Below, piece by piece: positions 9,327 to 18,140 of a stretch of DNA of 64,000 bases. The position numbers and the translations under genes were made by a program. This DNA is from an uncultured Chloroflexia bacterium (GTDB taxonomy: Bacteria; Chloroflexota; Dehalococcoidia; Dehalococcoidales; Fen-1064): assembly GCA_963754195.1 (NCBI GenBank), contig CAVWFD010000017.1, positions 18,692 through 82,691 on the forward strand. Direction: 5' to 3'. The notes beneath the pieces were generated by a model that was not told where the DNA came from, ran no database searches, and saw nothing but the letters and a program-made list of their open reading frames with translations. Positions within the stretch are counted from its first letter, which is position 1; every line of letters starts with the position of its first letter.

Positions 9327-9346
9327 AATTCTAGCAACCTGACAAG

Positions 9347-11545
9347 GTGGGTTCGGACGTGTCGGTAAATGAATTAATTGAGAAAGCAAAAACGTATTTA
9401 CCGCCTGAAAAAATTGCGGTAATCGAACGTGCTTATGAATTTGCGCTGAAAGCGCATGAAGGACAAACCCGAAAATCCGGCGAACCGTATATTGAGCATC
9501 CTTTACATGTTGCTTTGATACTGGTAAATCTTCAGCTTGATGCCAGTTCACTGGCAGCTGCTTTGTTGCATGATGTTGAGGAAAACTGTGATATCCCGAA
9601 TAGTGAAATTGTAGAAAAATTCGGACCGGAAATTGCCAAATTGGTTGATGCCACTACCAAACTGGGTAAACTCTCTCTCCAAACTACGGAAGAGACCACC
9701 CGGCGCGGCAGCGCCTTAAGCGGTGCCAGTCAGGCTGAGAACCTGAGAAAAATGCTGGTGGCAATGGCGGAAGACCTTAGAGTTGTTTTTATTAAATTGG
9801 CTGATCGCCTGCATAACATGCGTACACTCCAAGCTCTCACTTCGGAACAGCAGTTACGCATATCCCGTGAAACCCTGGATATTTATGCGCCGCTGGCACA
9901 TCGGCTAGGCCTTTGGGAATTAAAATGGCAATTAGAGGATCTTTCCTTCCATTATCTTGAACCCGAAAAATACCGTCTCATTGCCAGTCTCATCGCCAGC
10001 AAGCGCGCAGACCGTGAACGATTTATTGCCGATGTTACCCGTTTACTTCAACAGGAATTTGAGAAGGTCGGGATAAAAGCGGAGATATCAGGAAGAGCTA
10101 AACACATCTACAGTATTTATCAAAAAACTGAAAAATATAATACTATGGGAAAAGACTTCGACGATATTCATGACCTTCTCGCTTTGCGTGTTGTTGTCGA
10201 TACGATCCCGGATTGCTATACCGCTTTGGGTATTGTGCATAACTTGTGGCATCCTCTACCCGAGCAATTCAATGATTATGTTGCCAATCCCAAAGTGAAT
10301 GGCTACCAATCCCTGCATACTACCGTAATGTGTGAGGGTACGACACCACTTGAAATCCAGATACGTACGCGGGAGATGCACCGTATTGCTGAATACGGCG
10401 TGGCTGTGCACTGGCGCTATAAAGAGGGCGGCAAAAAGGATTTGAATTTTGAAGACGGTATCGGTTGGTTGCGCCAATTAATCGACTGGCACCGGGAATT
10501 GAGCGGCGCTGAGGAATTCCTGGAGTCTGTCAGGACTGATGTCTTCAGCGACCAGGTTTTTGTTTATACACCAAAGGGCGACGTTAAGGACTTGCCCAAA
10601 GGTTCTACTCCGCTCGATTTTGCTTATCGTGTTCATACTGATTTAGGGAACCGTTGCATTGGCGCAAAAGTAAATGGCAAACTGGTCACTCTCAGTACCG
10701 AACTGCATAACGGCGATATTGTTGAAATTCTATCAAGTAAAGCGCCCAGGGCACCTAGCCGGGATTGGCTTAATCCAAACCTGGGTTATATTAAGACGAC
10801 ACATGCCCGTTCTAAAATCAAGCAATGGTTTACGAAGCAGGAGAGAACGGAAAACGTCGAACGCGGCCGTGAAATACTCGAGAAATTTATGCGGCACCTC
10901 GGCATTAAATTCACCGAGCGTGATAAAATATCACAATTGTTCAATTATGACACTCTCGATGAGTTTTATGCGGCGTTGGGTTATGGTGGCGTCACTACCC
11001 AGCAAATTGCTGCGAAGCTGGCGCCGGAACAGGCGGAAGTGGCGAAACCCACGGAAGCAACACCTGCTAAAAAAACAGTATCATCAATCAGAGTATTGGG
11101 AGCCGGAGATATGCTGACCAGTCTGGCGCAATGTTGCAATCCGGTGCCCGGAGATGAGATAATCGGATATGTGACACGCAGTCGTGGTGTCAGTATTCAC
11201 CGGAAAGACTGCCTTAATATCATCAATGATGAGGAGAAAGAGAGACTCATCCCGGTCGATTGGGGACAAACCGGTCTTACCTATCCGGTGACAGTGATTG
11301 TGGATGCATGGAACAGGGTAGGACTGGCAAGGGATATTACGGTAGTAGTGGCTGCTGAGAAAGTTAATATCGCCAACATGAATGTATCTGAAAAACCCGA
11401 CCAGCAGGCAACGATTTCCATCACGATAGATATCGAGGATTTGGGACAGTTGAACCGCGTGCTATCGAGAATTGAAGACGTGAGGGGAGTAATTAGTGTA
11501 ACTCGTGCAGGTGACGGATCGTCCATCAAACCGGCAACATCATAA
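9347..11545 (+). CDS. relA: Bifunctional (p)ppGpp synthetase/hydrolase RelA/SpoT homologue
   Basis: HD domain (HPLHVALIL...LLHDVEE), synthetase core (RAKHIYSIYQK, YQSLHTTV), TGS and C-terminal ACT-like regions. Confidence 0.95.
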   Translation: MGSDVSVNELIEKAKTYLPPEKIAVIERAYEFALKAHEGQTRKSGEPYIEHPLHVALILVNLQLDASSLAAALLHDVEENCDIPNSEIVEKFGPEIAKLVDATTKLGKLSLQTTEETTRRGSALSGASQAENLRKMLVAMAEDLRVVFIKLADRLHNMRTLQALTSEQQLRISRETLDIYAPLAHRLGLWELKWQLEDLSFHYLEPEKYRLIASLIASKRADRERFIADVTRLLQQEFEKVGIKAEISGRAKHIYSIYQKTEKYNTMGKDFDDIHDLLALRVVVDTIPDCYTALGIVHNLWHPLPEQFNDYVANPKVNGYQSLHTTVMCEGTTPLEIQIRTREMHRIAEYGVAVHWRYKEGGKKDLNFEDGIGWLRQLIDWHRELSGAEEFLESVRTDVFSDQVFVYTPKGDVKDLPKGSTPLDFAYRVHTDLGNRCIGAKVNGKLVTLSTELHNGDIVEILSSKAPRAPSRDWLNPNLGYIKTTHARSKIKQWFTKQERTENVERGREILEKFMRHLGIKFTERDKISQLFNYDTLDEFYAALGYGGVTTQQIAAKLAPEQAEVAKPTEATPAKKTVSSIRVLGAGDMLTSLAQCCNPVPGDEIIGYVTRSRGVSIHRKDCLNIINDEEKERLIPVDWGQTGLTYPVTVIVDAWNRVGLARDITVVVAAEKVNIANMNVSEKPDQQATISITIDIEDLGQLNRVLSRIEDVRGVISVTRAGDGSSIKPATS

Positions 11546-11600
11546 CGGATTATTGGAAACTTTTCTGATATAAAAAACATACATTGTAGGGAGGTAGAAA

Positions 11601-11867
11601 TTGCCTAATATAGCATCATCAATCAGACAGTTACGTACCGATGCGAAGCGCACCACTCGGAATAAATCGATCCGCACCGGATGTAAAAGCAGTATCACCA
11701 AGGCGGAGAAGCATATTACCTCCGGTGAAGGTGACGAAGCTAAAGCAGCGGCAGTAACCGCAATCAGCACACTGGATAAAGCGGCCGCCAAGGGGATAAT
11801 TCATCCCAATAATGCCGCCCGCCGCAAAGCACGTCTGGCTAAAAAATTAAATTCCCTGAAGAAATAA
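11601..11867 (+). CDS. rpsT: 30S ribosomal protein S20
   Basis: PNIASSIRQLRTDAKRTTRNKS start and basic helical 88-aa protein; GGGAGG RBS before TTG. Confidence 0.9.
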   Translation: MPNIASSIRQLRTDAKRTTRNKSIRTGCKSSITKAEKHITSGEGDEAKAAAVTAISTLDKAAAKGIIHPNNAARRKARLAKKLNSLKK

Positions 11868-11887
11868 TAACAATGTCTTGAAACAAG

Positions 11888-11925
11888 TAGAGCCGAATTC
11901 TATTTAGAATTCGGCTCTATTTTTA
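11888..11925 (+). terminator. Rho-independent terminator after rpsT
   Basis: tagagccgaattc-tattta-gaattcggctcta followed by a T-run. Confidence 0.7.
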
Positions 11926-11957
11926 TTAATCAAATACTAAACGCGCTGAGGCATAGT

Positions 11958-12367
11958 ATGGAAAGTAAAAAGGCAATTTTCTGGTTAAAATTATCCTTTC
12001 TGGTTGGGATGATTACGGATGCTCTGGCCTTGATACCGATGCTTCTTCCACCGCTGGCAAAAATATTTTGGGGTTTTAATGATTTTACGGGGATTTACTA
12101 CTTTGCCATGGGCTATGGAGCATCTTTGATGTTGGCTGGACAATACTTCTATATTGGGCGTACCGTAAGCCTGCGGAAAGAAGATATGTGGCTTTGTTTA
12201 CTAGCTTAATCCTGATATGTTTCGTAGTCACAGAGGTTATCGCAGTCTGTAATGGTTATATTAAATTGAGTAAACTATTGCCTTCATTTGTGATGCAGGC
12301 AATATTATTAATAATTTTCAACTACAGTTTTATAATTTCAAAGAATCGGAAGACAACTAATGACTGA
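11958..12367 (+). pseudogene. Small multi-TM membrane protein split by a frame change near 12135 (pseudogene, sequencing error or recoding)
   Basis: The 11958-12209 ORF ends after an unnatural tail. A second frame, offset -1 (equivalently +2), stays open from about 12137 to TGA at 12365-12367 and encodes hydrophobic WTILLYWAYRKPAERRYVALFTSLILICFVVTEVIAV... Confidence 0.5.
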
Positions 12368-12594
12368 ATGCTGACAACCCGTCTGTTGGCCATTAAGAAA
12401 AGCTTTCACAACCTTTCAGCCTCAATAGTACTTCTTCGTTTAGTAGAGGCGGGGATTAACTAATGTATTTTGTTAATATTTGGAATAATTTCAGGTGTAG
12501 AAAATGATGGTTGCGGTTCAAGATATTTTCGCGATGGTCGCCGGAGTAAAATTGAATCTCCCAGCGACCATCGCGAATGATTGTCAATAATAAA

Positions 12595-13281
12595 TTAATC
12601 TTTCTTTTCGGACTTTTCAGCTTTGGCTGGAGCTTCTTTCTTCTCGCCTTCAGCAGCTGCACCCTCTTCACCCTCAGCCGCAGCGCCCTCTTCAGCAGCC
12701 TTCGGCTTTTCAACGACCTCGATAACCTCGACGGCGATTCTGGCTACGACGACACCCGGGTCATTGACGATAGTGACATCTTTGATAGGAGGCATGTCTT
12801 TGACGCGGATCAATTGGTCGGCCGTGACCAAGGGAGTGACATCTACTTCGACTTTGCTGGGGATGTTAGTCGGCAAACACTGGACGGTGAGTTCATTCAG
12901 TTCCTGCACCAGCGAATTGCCTTTCATCTTGGCCGCAGCTGATTCACCTATCAATATGATGGGTACATTGACCCGGATAGTCTCCGTTAAATTCACCTGG
13001 TAGAAATCGACGTGAAGCAGACCGCCCTTGAAATTGTCCATTTGGACCTCGCGGATCATGACTACCCTGGGACTGTGCTCATGCCCCAATTTCAGATTAA
13101 CCAGTTGGGTATGCCCTGCGTCTACCAGAATATTTCTCAGATTAGCAGTGTCGCATTGTATCGCTAACGATTCCACACCGGGTCCAAAAAGATGTGCCGG
13201 GGTGACGCCCTCACGGCGCAACTCCTTTACCTTCTTACCCTCGATGTGTCGTTTCGTTGCTTTTAATTCCAATGTAGCCAT
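12595..13281 (-). CDS. rplY: 50S ribosomal protein L25 / general stress protein Ctc, with acidic Ala/Glu/Lys-rich tail
   Basis: MATLELKATKR...GKKVKELRREGVTPAHLFG N-terminus and two-domain Ctc length (228 aa). Confidence 0.9.
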   Translation of the reverse strand: MATLELKATKRHIEGKKVKELRREGVTPAHLFGPGVESLAIQCDTANLRNILVDAGHTQLVNLKLGHEHSPRVVMIREVQMDNFKGGLLHVDFYQVNLTETIRVNVPIILIGESAAAKMKGNSLVQELNELTVQCLPTNIPSKVEVDVTPLVTADQLIRVKDMPPIKDVTIVNDPGVVVARIAVEVIEVVEKPKAAEEGAAAEGEEGAAAEGEKKEAPAKAEKSEKKD

Positions 13282-13560
13282 GTTTATATGTCCTCCGTAT
13301 TAGTCAACAAGTATATATTAAAGCATATTTCGGCCAAGAAGTGTACTTTTGAGGCTAAAAAGATTTTTATGGGCATGGTATAGCATTCAGCTTTCAGCAA
13401 TTAGATGGCAGCTTCTTGTTTTTTTCACGACGATATCAGCGGATAAAAACAACGGAAGTATTTACACAATGCCGCTACTCTTTAATCAACATTTGCATTC
13501 GCAAAGTACTATAGTCTTCCCGCGGGGAAAAGAACTTTTAGATATAGAGGGGCTAAATGC

Positions 13561-13679
13561 CTACATTTGCTTCGCAAAATATCTACAGCCTGGTACTTAC
13601 CTGCGACTAAAGCCTCCGGCTATAGCCTCTTGAACTTCCTCACTCATCCAACTGGATACCTACTTTCGCCGGTATTGAT
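13561..13679. repeat. Short intergenic repeat units (family D TACCTACG...GCGG type and family B GGATACC...GGTATTGA hairpin)
   Basis: 13561-13628 resembles 30508-30552 and 18229-18275. 13654-13679 ggatacctactttcgccggtattgat resembles 45258-45283. Confidence 0.45.
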
Positions 13680-13716
13680 ATTAGATCGTCTGTCGATATC
13701 AGTTATCTCCGAAATT

Positions 13717-13947
13717 TTAGGGTTTCTTCTTCACAAATACGTGAAATTCGCCGTCTTTTTCTTCCAATGCCAGACATTCATTGCCGGTGGAATTGCACCA
13801 AGCGGGCATGTCTTTTTTAATACCTTTGTCGTCGGCGACTACTTCAAGCACCTCACCGGCTTTAAGTTCCTTCATTTTTTGCGCAGTTTTAAATATCGGC
13901 ATCGGACAATAAAGTCCCACACAATCCAGTGTTTTATCGGCTTTCAT
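13717..13947 (-). CDS. TusA/SirA-family sulfur carrier
   Basis: LDCVGLYCPMPIFK active-site Cys motif; 76 aa. Confidence 0.85.
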   Translation of the reverse strand: MKADKTLDCVGLYCPMPIFKTAQKMKELKAGEVLEVVADDKGIKKDMPAWCNSTGNECLALEEKDGEFHVFVKKKP

Positions 13948-13978
13948 CGTGTTCTCCTCGCATTAGCTGTCAGTAATT

Positions 13979-14461
13979 TTAAATAAACAATGTTGTCTTG
14001 GAATTACGCGCCTCATCCAGAAAATAAGCCGCGCCTGCCAGACTCTCGACCTCGGAACGGAAAGAATCCTCCGGTAACCCCATCACGCCGCAGGAAGTAG
14101 TACAGGCAATCATCTTAACACCCATATCGTGCGCCATCGTGATGAGTTCATCCAACGTGGGATGTTTGATATCTTTCATCAGTTGTTTCATCATCCACGT
14201 GCCTGCTCCCATCATGTTGAACTTGGAGAGTGTCAGGCGTTTCGTGCCGCCCCGGTTAATGGCGTTCAGCATTTTACGCAGGATGCCTTTGCTTTTAATC
14301 TTCCCTTCGTTCTTTTTCACGATATTCAGACCCCAGAAAGTAAAGAACATCGTTACTTCCATATCCATACTGGCGGCAGTAGTGGCCAGAATAAAGGCCG
14401 CCAGTGCTTTATCGAAGTCGCCGCTAAAAACCACCAGCGTGAGTTTTTCTTTTTCTGCCAT
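13979..14461 (-). CDS. DsrE/DsrF-like family protein
   Basis: LTLVVFSGDFDKALAAFILATTAA start typical of DsrE/F-like sulfur-relay folds; adjacent to TusA. Confidence 0.7.
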   Translation of the reverse strand: MAEKEKLTLVVFSGDFDKALAAFILATTAASMDMEVTMFFTFWGLNIVKKNEGKIKSKGILRKMLNAINRGGTKRLTLSKFNMMGAGTWMMKQLMKDIKHPTLDELITMAHDMGVKMIACTTSCGVMGLPEDSFRSEVESLAGAAYFLDEARNSKTTLFI

Positions 14462-14518
14462 GTATCGGCCTCCTTTTTTATCGGACAGAAATTAATCTTA
14501 CCACAGGGAAAAGAATAA

Positions 14519-14716
14519 TCAACTGATGACCCTGGCGCCGCAAGTGGTGCAGGTTTTCTGGTTCTTAGGTAAAGGTTTGCCGCATTCAGTGCAATAGGAA
14601 ATGGTTACGTTACACGCTTGACACATCGGTGAATTCTTGGCCATCAGTTCAACATCACAATACGGACAATGAGCAACTGCTTTTGTTTTTGTAGGTCGTT
14701 TCACCGTCTTAGCCAT
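14519..14716 (-). CDS. Small zinc-ribbon protein
   Basis: 65 aa with CPYC...CQAC and CTEC...CTTCG. Its start overlaps the nifU-like stop by 8 nt. Confidence 0.5.
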   Translation of the reverse strand: MAKTVKRPTKTKAVAHCPYCDVELMAKNSPMCQACNVTISYCTECGKPLPKNQKTCTTCGARVIS

Positions 14717-15107
14717 TGGCCTTCCCTCCTGCTATTTTCTGTTTGTTTTTATAGTCTTCAATCGCTATGTGCAATGCCTGAGCGCCTAGGTTACTGCAGT
14801 GATGCTTGATTGTTGGCAAACCATCGAGTTCGGTAACGACTGATTGGGGAGTAATTTCCATGGCTTCTTCCAGTGTCTTGCCTTTCGCCAGCTCGCTGAC
14901 CATGCTGGACACAGCGATGGCGGCTCCGCAACCAAAGGTCTTGTATTTCACGTCTTCCAGTCGATTATCCTTGACCTTGATATAGAAGGTCATCATATCT
15001 CCGCACACCGGATTACCTACTTCCCCGATGCCATCGGCATTTTCAATCTCGCCGACATTGCGCGGGTTAGTAAAATGATCCATCACTTTTTCACTGTAGA
15101 TCGGCAT
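14709..15107 (-). CDS. nifU: Fe-S cluster assembly scaffold, NifU N-terminal/IscU type
   Basis: GNPVCGDMM, FGCGAAIA and HCSNLG cluster-ligand motifs. Confidence 0.9.
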   Translation of the reverse strand: MPIYSEKVMDHFTNPRNVGEIENADGIGEVGNPVCGDMMTFYIKVKDNRLEDVKYKTFGCGAAIAVSSMVSELAKGKTLEEAMEITPQSVVTELDGLPTIKHHCSNLGAQALHIAIEDYKNKQKIAGGKANG

Positions 15108-15108
15108 C

Positions 15109-16299
15109 TTAACCTCCTTTACCCTGTTTTAAAAATTTGGAATATAACGGCGACATCTGTCGTAGTCTCTCAACGATTGGAGGTAACACTTCGAGCACAT
15201 AATTGATATCTTCTTTCTTATTATCGATACCCAAACCGAAGAGCAAAGAACCTTGCGCGATCTCGTGGGGCAAGCCCATCGCCAGTAAGACATGCGATGC
15301 CTGCAAAGCCCGCGAGGTGCAGGCAGAACCGCTGGTAACACCCACGCCCTTGGCGTTCAATAGCATCAGCATCGATTCGCCTTCGATAAATTCGATACAG
15401 AAGCTGGCGTGCCCGGGCAAACGATTCCGGGGATGACCTGTTACCAGTACGTGGCTGATTTTTTTGGGCATTTCGGTAATTAAGTAGTCGCGCAGTTGAA
15501 TCAACTTTGCACTGCGCTCCGGCATCTGAATCCGCGCCAGTTCCGAGGCTTTCCCCAACCCGACAATCCCCGCCACATTCTCCGTACCAGCGCGGCGTCC
15601 GCCCTCTTGAATTCCGCCGTCGAGCAAAGGTAAAATGCGAGTGCCTTTCTTCAGCCATAATGCGGCGATACCTTTGGGGCTGTAGAACATGTTACCGGCC
15701 AGACTGAGGCTATCGACGCCCATGTCCGTCACATCGACCGGAATATTGCCGGTGGTGCCAACGGCATCGGTGTGAAAAATCACGCCTTTTTCTTTGGTCA
15801 CCTTCGCAATTTCTTTAATGGGTTCAATTGTGCCTACTTCACCGTTGGCGTGCATGATGGAAACCAGTATTGTGTCGTCGCGGATGGCTTTGCGTACGTC
15901 TGCCGGGTCGACGACCCCGTATTTATCCACCGGCACCAGGCTGTATTCAAAACCCATCTTCTCCAGTGTCTTGGCGGAGTTAAGCACGGAAAAATGCTCG
16001 ATGGCGGAAACAACGATGTGTTTGCCTTTCTTCTGTTGCGCCATTGCCAGTCCCTTAACGGCAAAGTTGTTGCTTTCGGTACCGCTGGCGGTGAAAATAA
16101 TTTCTTCAGGGCTAGCGCCGATTAATGCGGCTACCTGCTCGCGGGCGAGTGCGATGGCGTCACGGGGAATATCGCCCCATTCATGCAAACAGGAGGGGTT
16201 GCCGAAAGATTCTCCCAGAAACGGTAACATTGCGTCGCGCACTTCAGGTAAAACAGGCGTGGTCGCGGTATTATCCATATATACTTTTTTCATCGGCAT
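15109..16299 (-). CDS. nifS: NifS/IscS-family class V aminotransferase-fold protein with the PLP-lysine position substituted
   Basis: TASGTESNN, SAIEHFS, HTDAVG and SGSACTS (active-site Cys loop) are conserved. The canonical S-G-H-K-x-Y-G-P-K-G segment reads AGNMFYSPKG. Confidence 0.85.
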   Translation of the reverse strand: MPMKKVYMDNTATTPVLPEVRDAMLPFLGESFGNPSCLHEWGDIPRDAIALAREQVAALIGASPEEIIFTASGTESNNFAVKGLAMAQQKKGKHIVVSAIEHFSVLNSAKTLEKMGFEYSLVPVDKYGVVDPADVRKAIRDDTILVSIMHANGEVGTIEPIKEIAKVTKEKGVIFHTDAVGTTGNIPVDVTDMGVDSLSLAGNMFYSPKGIAALWLKKGTRILPLLDGGIQEGGRRAGTENVAGIVGLGKASELARIQMPERSAKLIQLRDYLITEMPKKISHVLVTGHPRNRLPGHASFCIEFIEGESMLMLLNAKGVGVTSGSACTSRALQASHVLLAMGLPHEIAQGSLLFGLGIDNKKEDINYVLEVLPPIVERLRQMSPLYSKFLKQGKGG

Positions 16300-16360
16300 A
16301 CCTCCATGATTCTCTGCTCACACCCGTATGAGTAGTATAACAAAAAACAAGTCAACTATT

Positions 16361-16828
16361 TCAAGCGGTTTTCTTGATGAGTTTGAAAAGCACCAAACCG
16401 ACCACGATTAATGCGATGCCCGTGGCCAGCATAAAGGCGCCGTTCGCCATGATCGACTGCGCCAGTCCGAACGCCAGCACCGCTGTGTAAATATTAGTTT
16501 GCAGATTCATTGCCTGGGCATAAGTTGCTTCTTTCACATTGGTCGGGTCAAACGGTTTGCCGCCCAATAAATCATTATACGTCGGCGCAATACTCTGGCG
16601 GTGAGTTGTTAACATTTGAGCTGCATTCTGAGCAGTTGTCAGGCTATCCACCACCTTCCCCTTAGCGATATCAGCGGCGGAAAGTCCCAGTGTCACTTTT
16701 TCCGCGCGTAAATACGTAGATATTTGATTGTTCTTGGCAAAACCCACTCCCACGAAAGCACCGCCGACCCCCAACCCCACGATACCAAGCAATAAGACAA
16801 TAATTGCCGCTGTTTTGAGAGTGTTCAT
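16361..16828 (-). CDS. Membrane protein with N- and C-terminal TM helices, function unknown
   Basis: 155-aa ORF; hydrophobic termini and a soluble middle region. Confidence 0.45.
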   Translation of the reverse strand: MNTLKTAAIIVLLLGIVGLGVGGAFVGVGFAKNNQISTYLRAEKVTLGLSAADIAKGKVVDSLTTAQNAAQMLTTHRQSIAPTYNDLLGGKPFDPTNVKEATYAQAMNLQTNIYTAVLAFGLAQSIMANGAFMLATGIALIVVGLVLFKLIKKTA

Positions 16829-17078
16829 ATTGTCCCCCTTTTCTTTATTGCCGATTTATAAGTAATGTTACGATTAATAACACTCAGGGGATATGATATT
16901 AATCACACGGTTCAGTTGATTTTTAGTCTTTCACAGTTACTGGGAAATAGATTGATTGGATCAGGGTAGAAGCTCCGGAAGAGGGAGGTGGGTCGTCGGG
17001 TAATGATAAAGCTGTATTCACACTTATTTCATAATCCGGATTTCAACCAGACTATCAACCCAATCTCGTAAAAAAACA

Positions 17079-17108
17079 TTGTAATCGGTTCGCCAGTTTC
17101 CTATAATG
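17079..17108 (+). promoter_or_regulatory. Candidate promoter giving a leaderless or near-leaderless transcript
   Basis: TTGTAA-18 nt-TATAAT, ending 7 nt before the ATG at 17116. Confidence 0.35.
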
Positions 17109-17115
17109 GAGTCTA

Positions 17116-17658
17116 ATGAAAGTTATCGCGTTGGTCGGCATGGCCGGCTCCGGAAAGTCGGAAGTCGCCCGTCAGTTTGAAAAAAGCGGCTACACCAGAA
17201 TCAGGTTCGGTGATATTACCGATATCGAAGTAAAAAAACTGGGACTGCCGTTGAACGAGGCTAACGAAAGGCAAGTGCGCGAGCAACTTCGTAAAGAGCA
17301 CGGCATGGCTGCCTACGCTAGACTGAATCTGCCCCGTATCGATGAGGCGCTGCAAAACTGTAATGTCATCGTCGACGGGCTGTATTCGTGGGAGGAATTG
17401 GTTCTGCTCAAAGACTATTACGGGGATAAATTAAGTCTTGTGGCAGTTTACTCATCACCAAAAACGCGCGCTATCAGGCTTGGCGTGAGAAAAATACGTC
17501 CGCTTACCTGTAAAGAAGCGGCAGACCGGGATAAAACGGAAATCGAAAATAGCAACAAGGGCGGCCCGATTGCGCTGGCGGATTACACCATCATTAACGA
17601 GTCGACTTTGCAGGAACTGACGGAACAGACACAACGGATTATTGAGAGGTTAAAATGA
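17116..17658 (+). CDS. P-loop nucleotide/nucleoside kinase-like protein (dephospho-CoA-kinase/adenylate-kinase fold)
   Basis: MKVIALVGMAGSGKSEVA Walker A at the N-terminus; 4-nt overlap with the dCMP deaminase gene. Confidence 0.6.
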   Translation: MKVIALVGMAGSGKSEVARQFEKSGYTRIRFGDITDIEVKKLGLPLNEANERQVREQLRKEHGMAAYARLNLPRIDEALQNCNVIVDGLYSWEELVLLKDYYGDKLSLVAVYSSPKTRAIRLGVRKIRPLTCKEAADRDKTEIENSNKGGPIALADYTIINESTLQELTEQTQRIIERLK

Positions 17659-18140
17659 CGAAAAAATCGACCAGACCCAGCGCCGATGAATATTTCCTGA
17701 AAATTGCTTCCGTGGTGGCGGAACGCAGTACCTGCCTGCGACACCATATGGGTGCGGTGGCCGTCAAGGATAAACATATCCTCACAACAGGTTATAATGG
17801 CGCCGCGGCAGGACTTAAAGACTGTCTGGAGCTGGGTTGCCTGCGGGATGAGAATAATATCCCGTCGGGGACGCGCACCGAAATCTGCCGGGCGATCCAT
17901 GCCGAACAGAATGTCATCATTCAAGCGGCACTGCACGGCATCAGTCTGGAAGGCTGCACCATCTACTGCACGCATACGCCTTGTGTCTTGTGTGCCAAGA
18001 TGATGATCAATGCCAAGGTAAAAAGGGTAGTCATTTTTACCAAATACGCCGATGATGCATTCCGGGAACTTTTCCGTGAGGCGGGCATACAGGTAGATAT
18101 TCTGGAAAAACCCTCTTCCACAATTTCGTTTCTGGAGTGA
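17655..18140 (+). CDS. Deoxycytidylate (dCMP) deaminase
   Basis: HAEQNVI and CTHTPCVLCAKMM zinc-ligand motifs; 161 aa. Confidence 0.9.
   Translation: MTKKSTRPSADEYFLKIASVVAERSTCLRHHMGAVAVKDKHILTTGYNGAAAGLKDCLELGCLRDENNIPSGTRTEICRAIHAEQNVIIQAALHGISLEGCTIYCTHTPCVLCAKMMINAKVKRVVIFTKYADDAFRELFREAGIQVDILEKPSSTISFLE

Noticed and set aside
9174-9551. A 125-aa minus-strand ORF across the relA promoter and start.
   Set aside because: It overlaps the relA 5' end and its promoter. It has no RBS and no recognisable domain.
12529-12576. A 13-bp inverted repeat (tcgcgatggtcgc ... gcgaccatcgcga) between convergent genes, considered as a terminator.
   Set aside because: It has a 22-nt loop and no U-run on either strand. 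It may act as a weak bidirectional terminator or a binding site, but the evidence is too thin for a feature call.
13349-13986. + strand ORFs 13349-13633 and 13567-13986.
   Set aside because: The first spans repeat-containing intergenic DNA. The second is antisense to the TusA-family gene. Neither has protein-like features.
15129-16331. Multiple antisense or alternative-frame ORFs within nifS (15221-15658, 15794-16309, 15772-16125 and others).
   Set aside because: They are nested in a strongly supported CDS and are typical GC-driven spurious frames.
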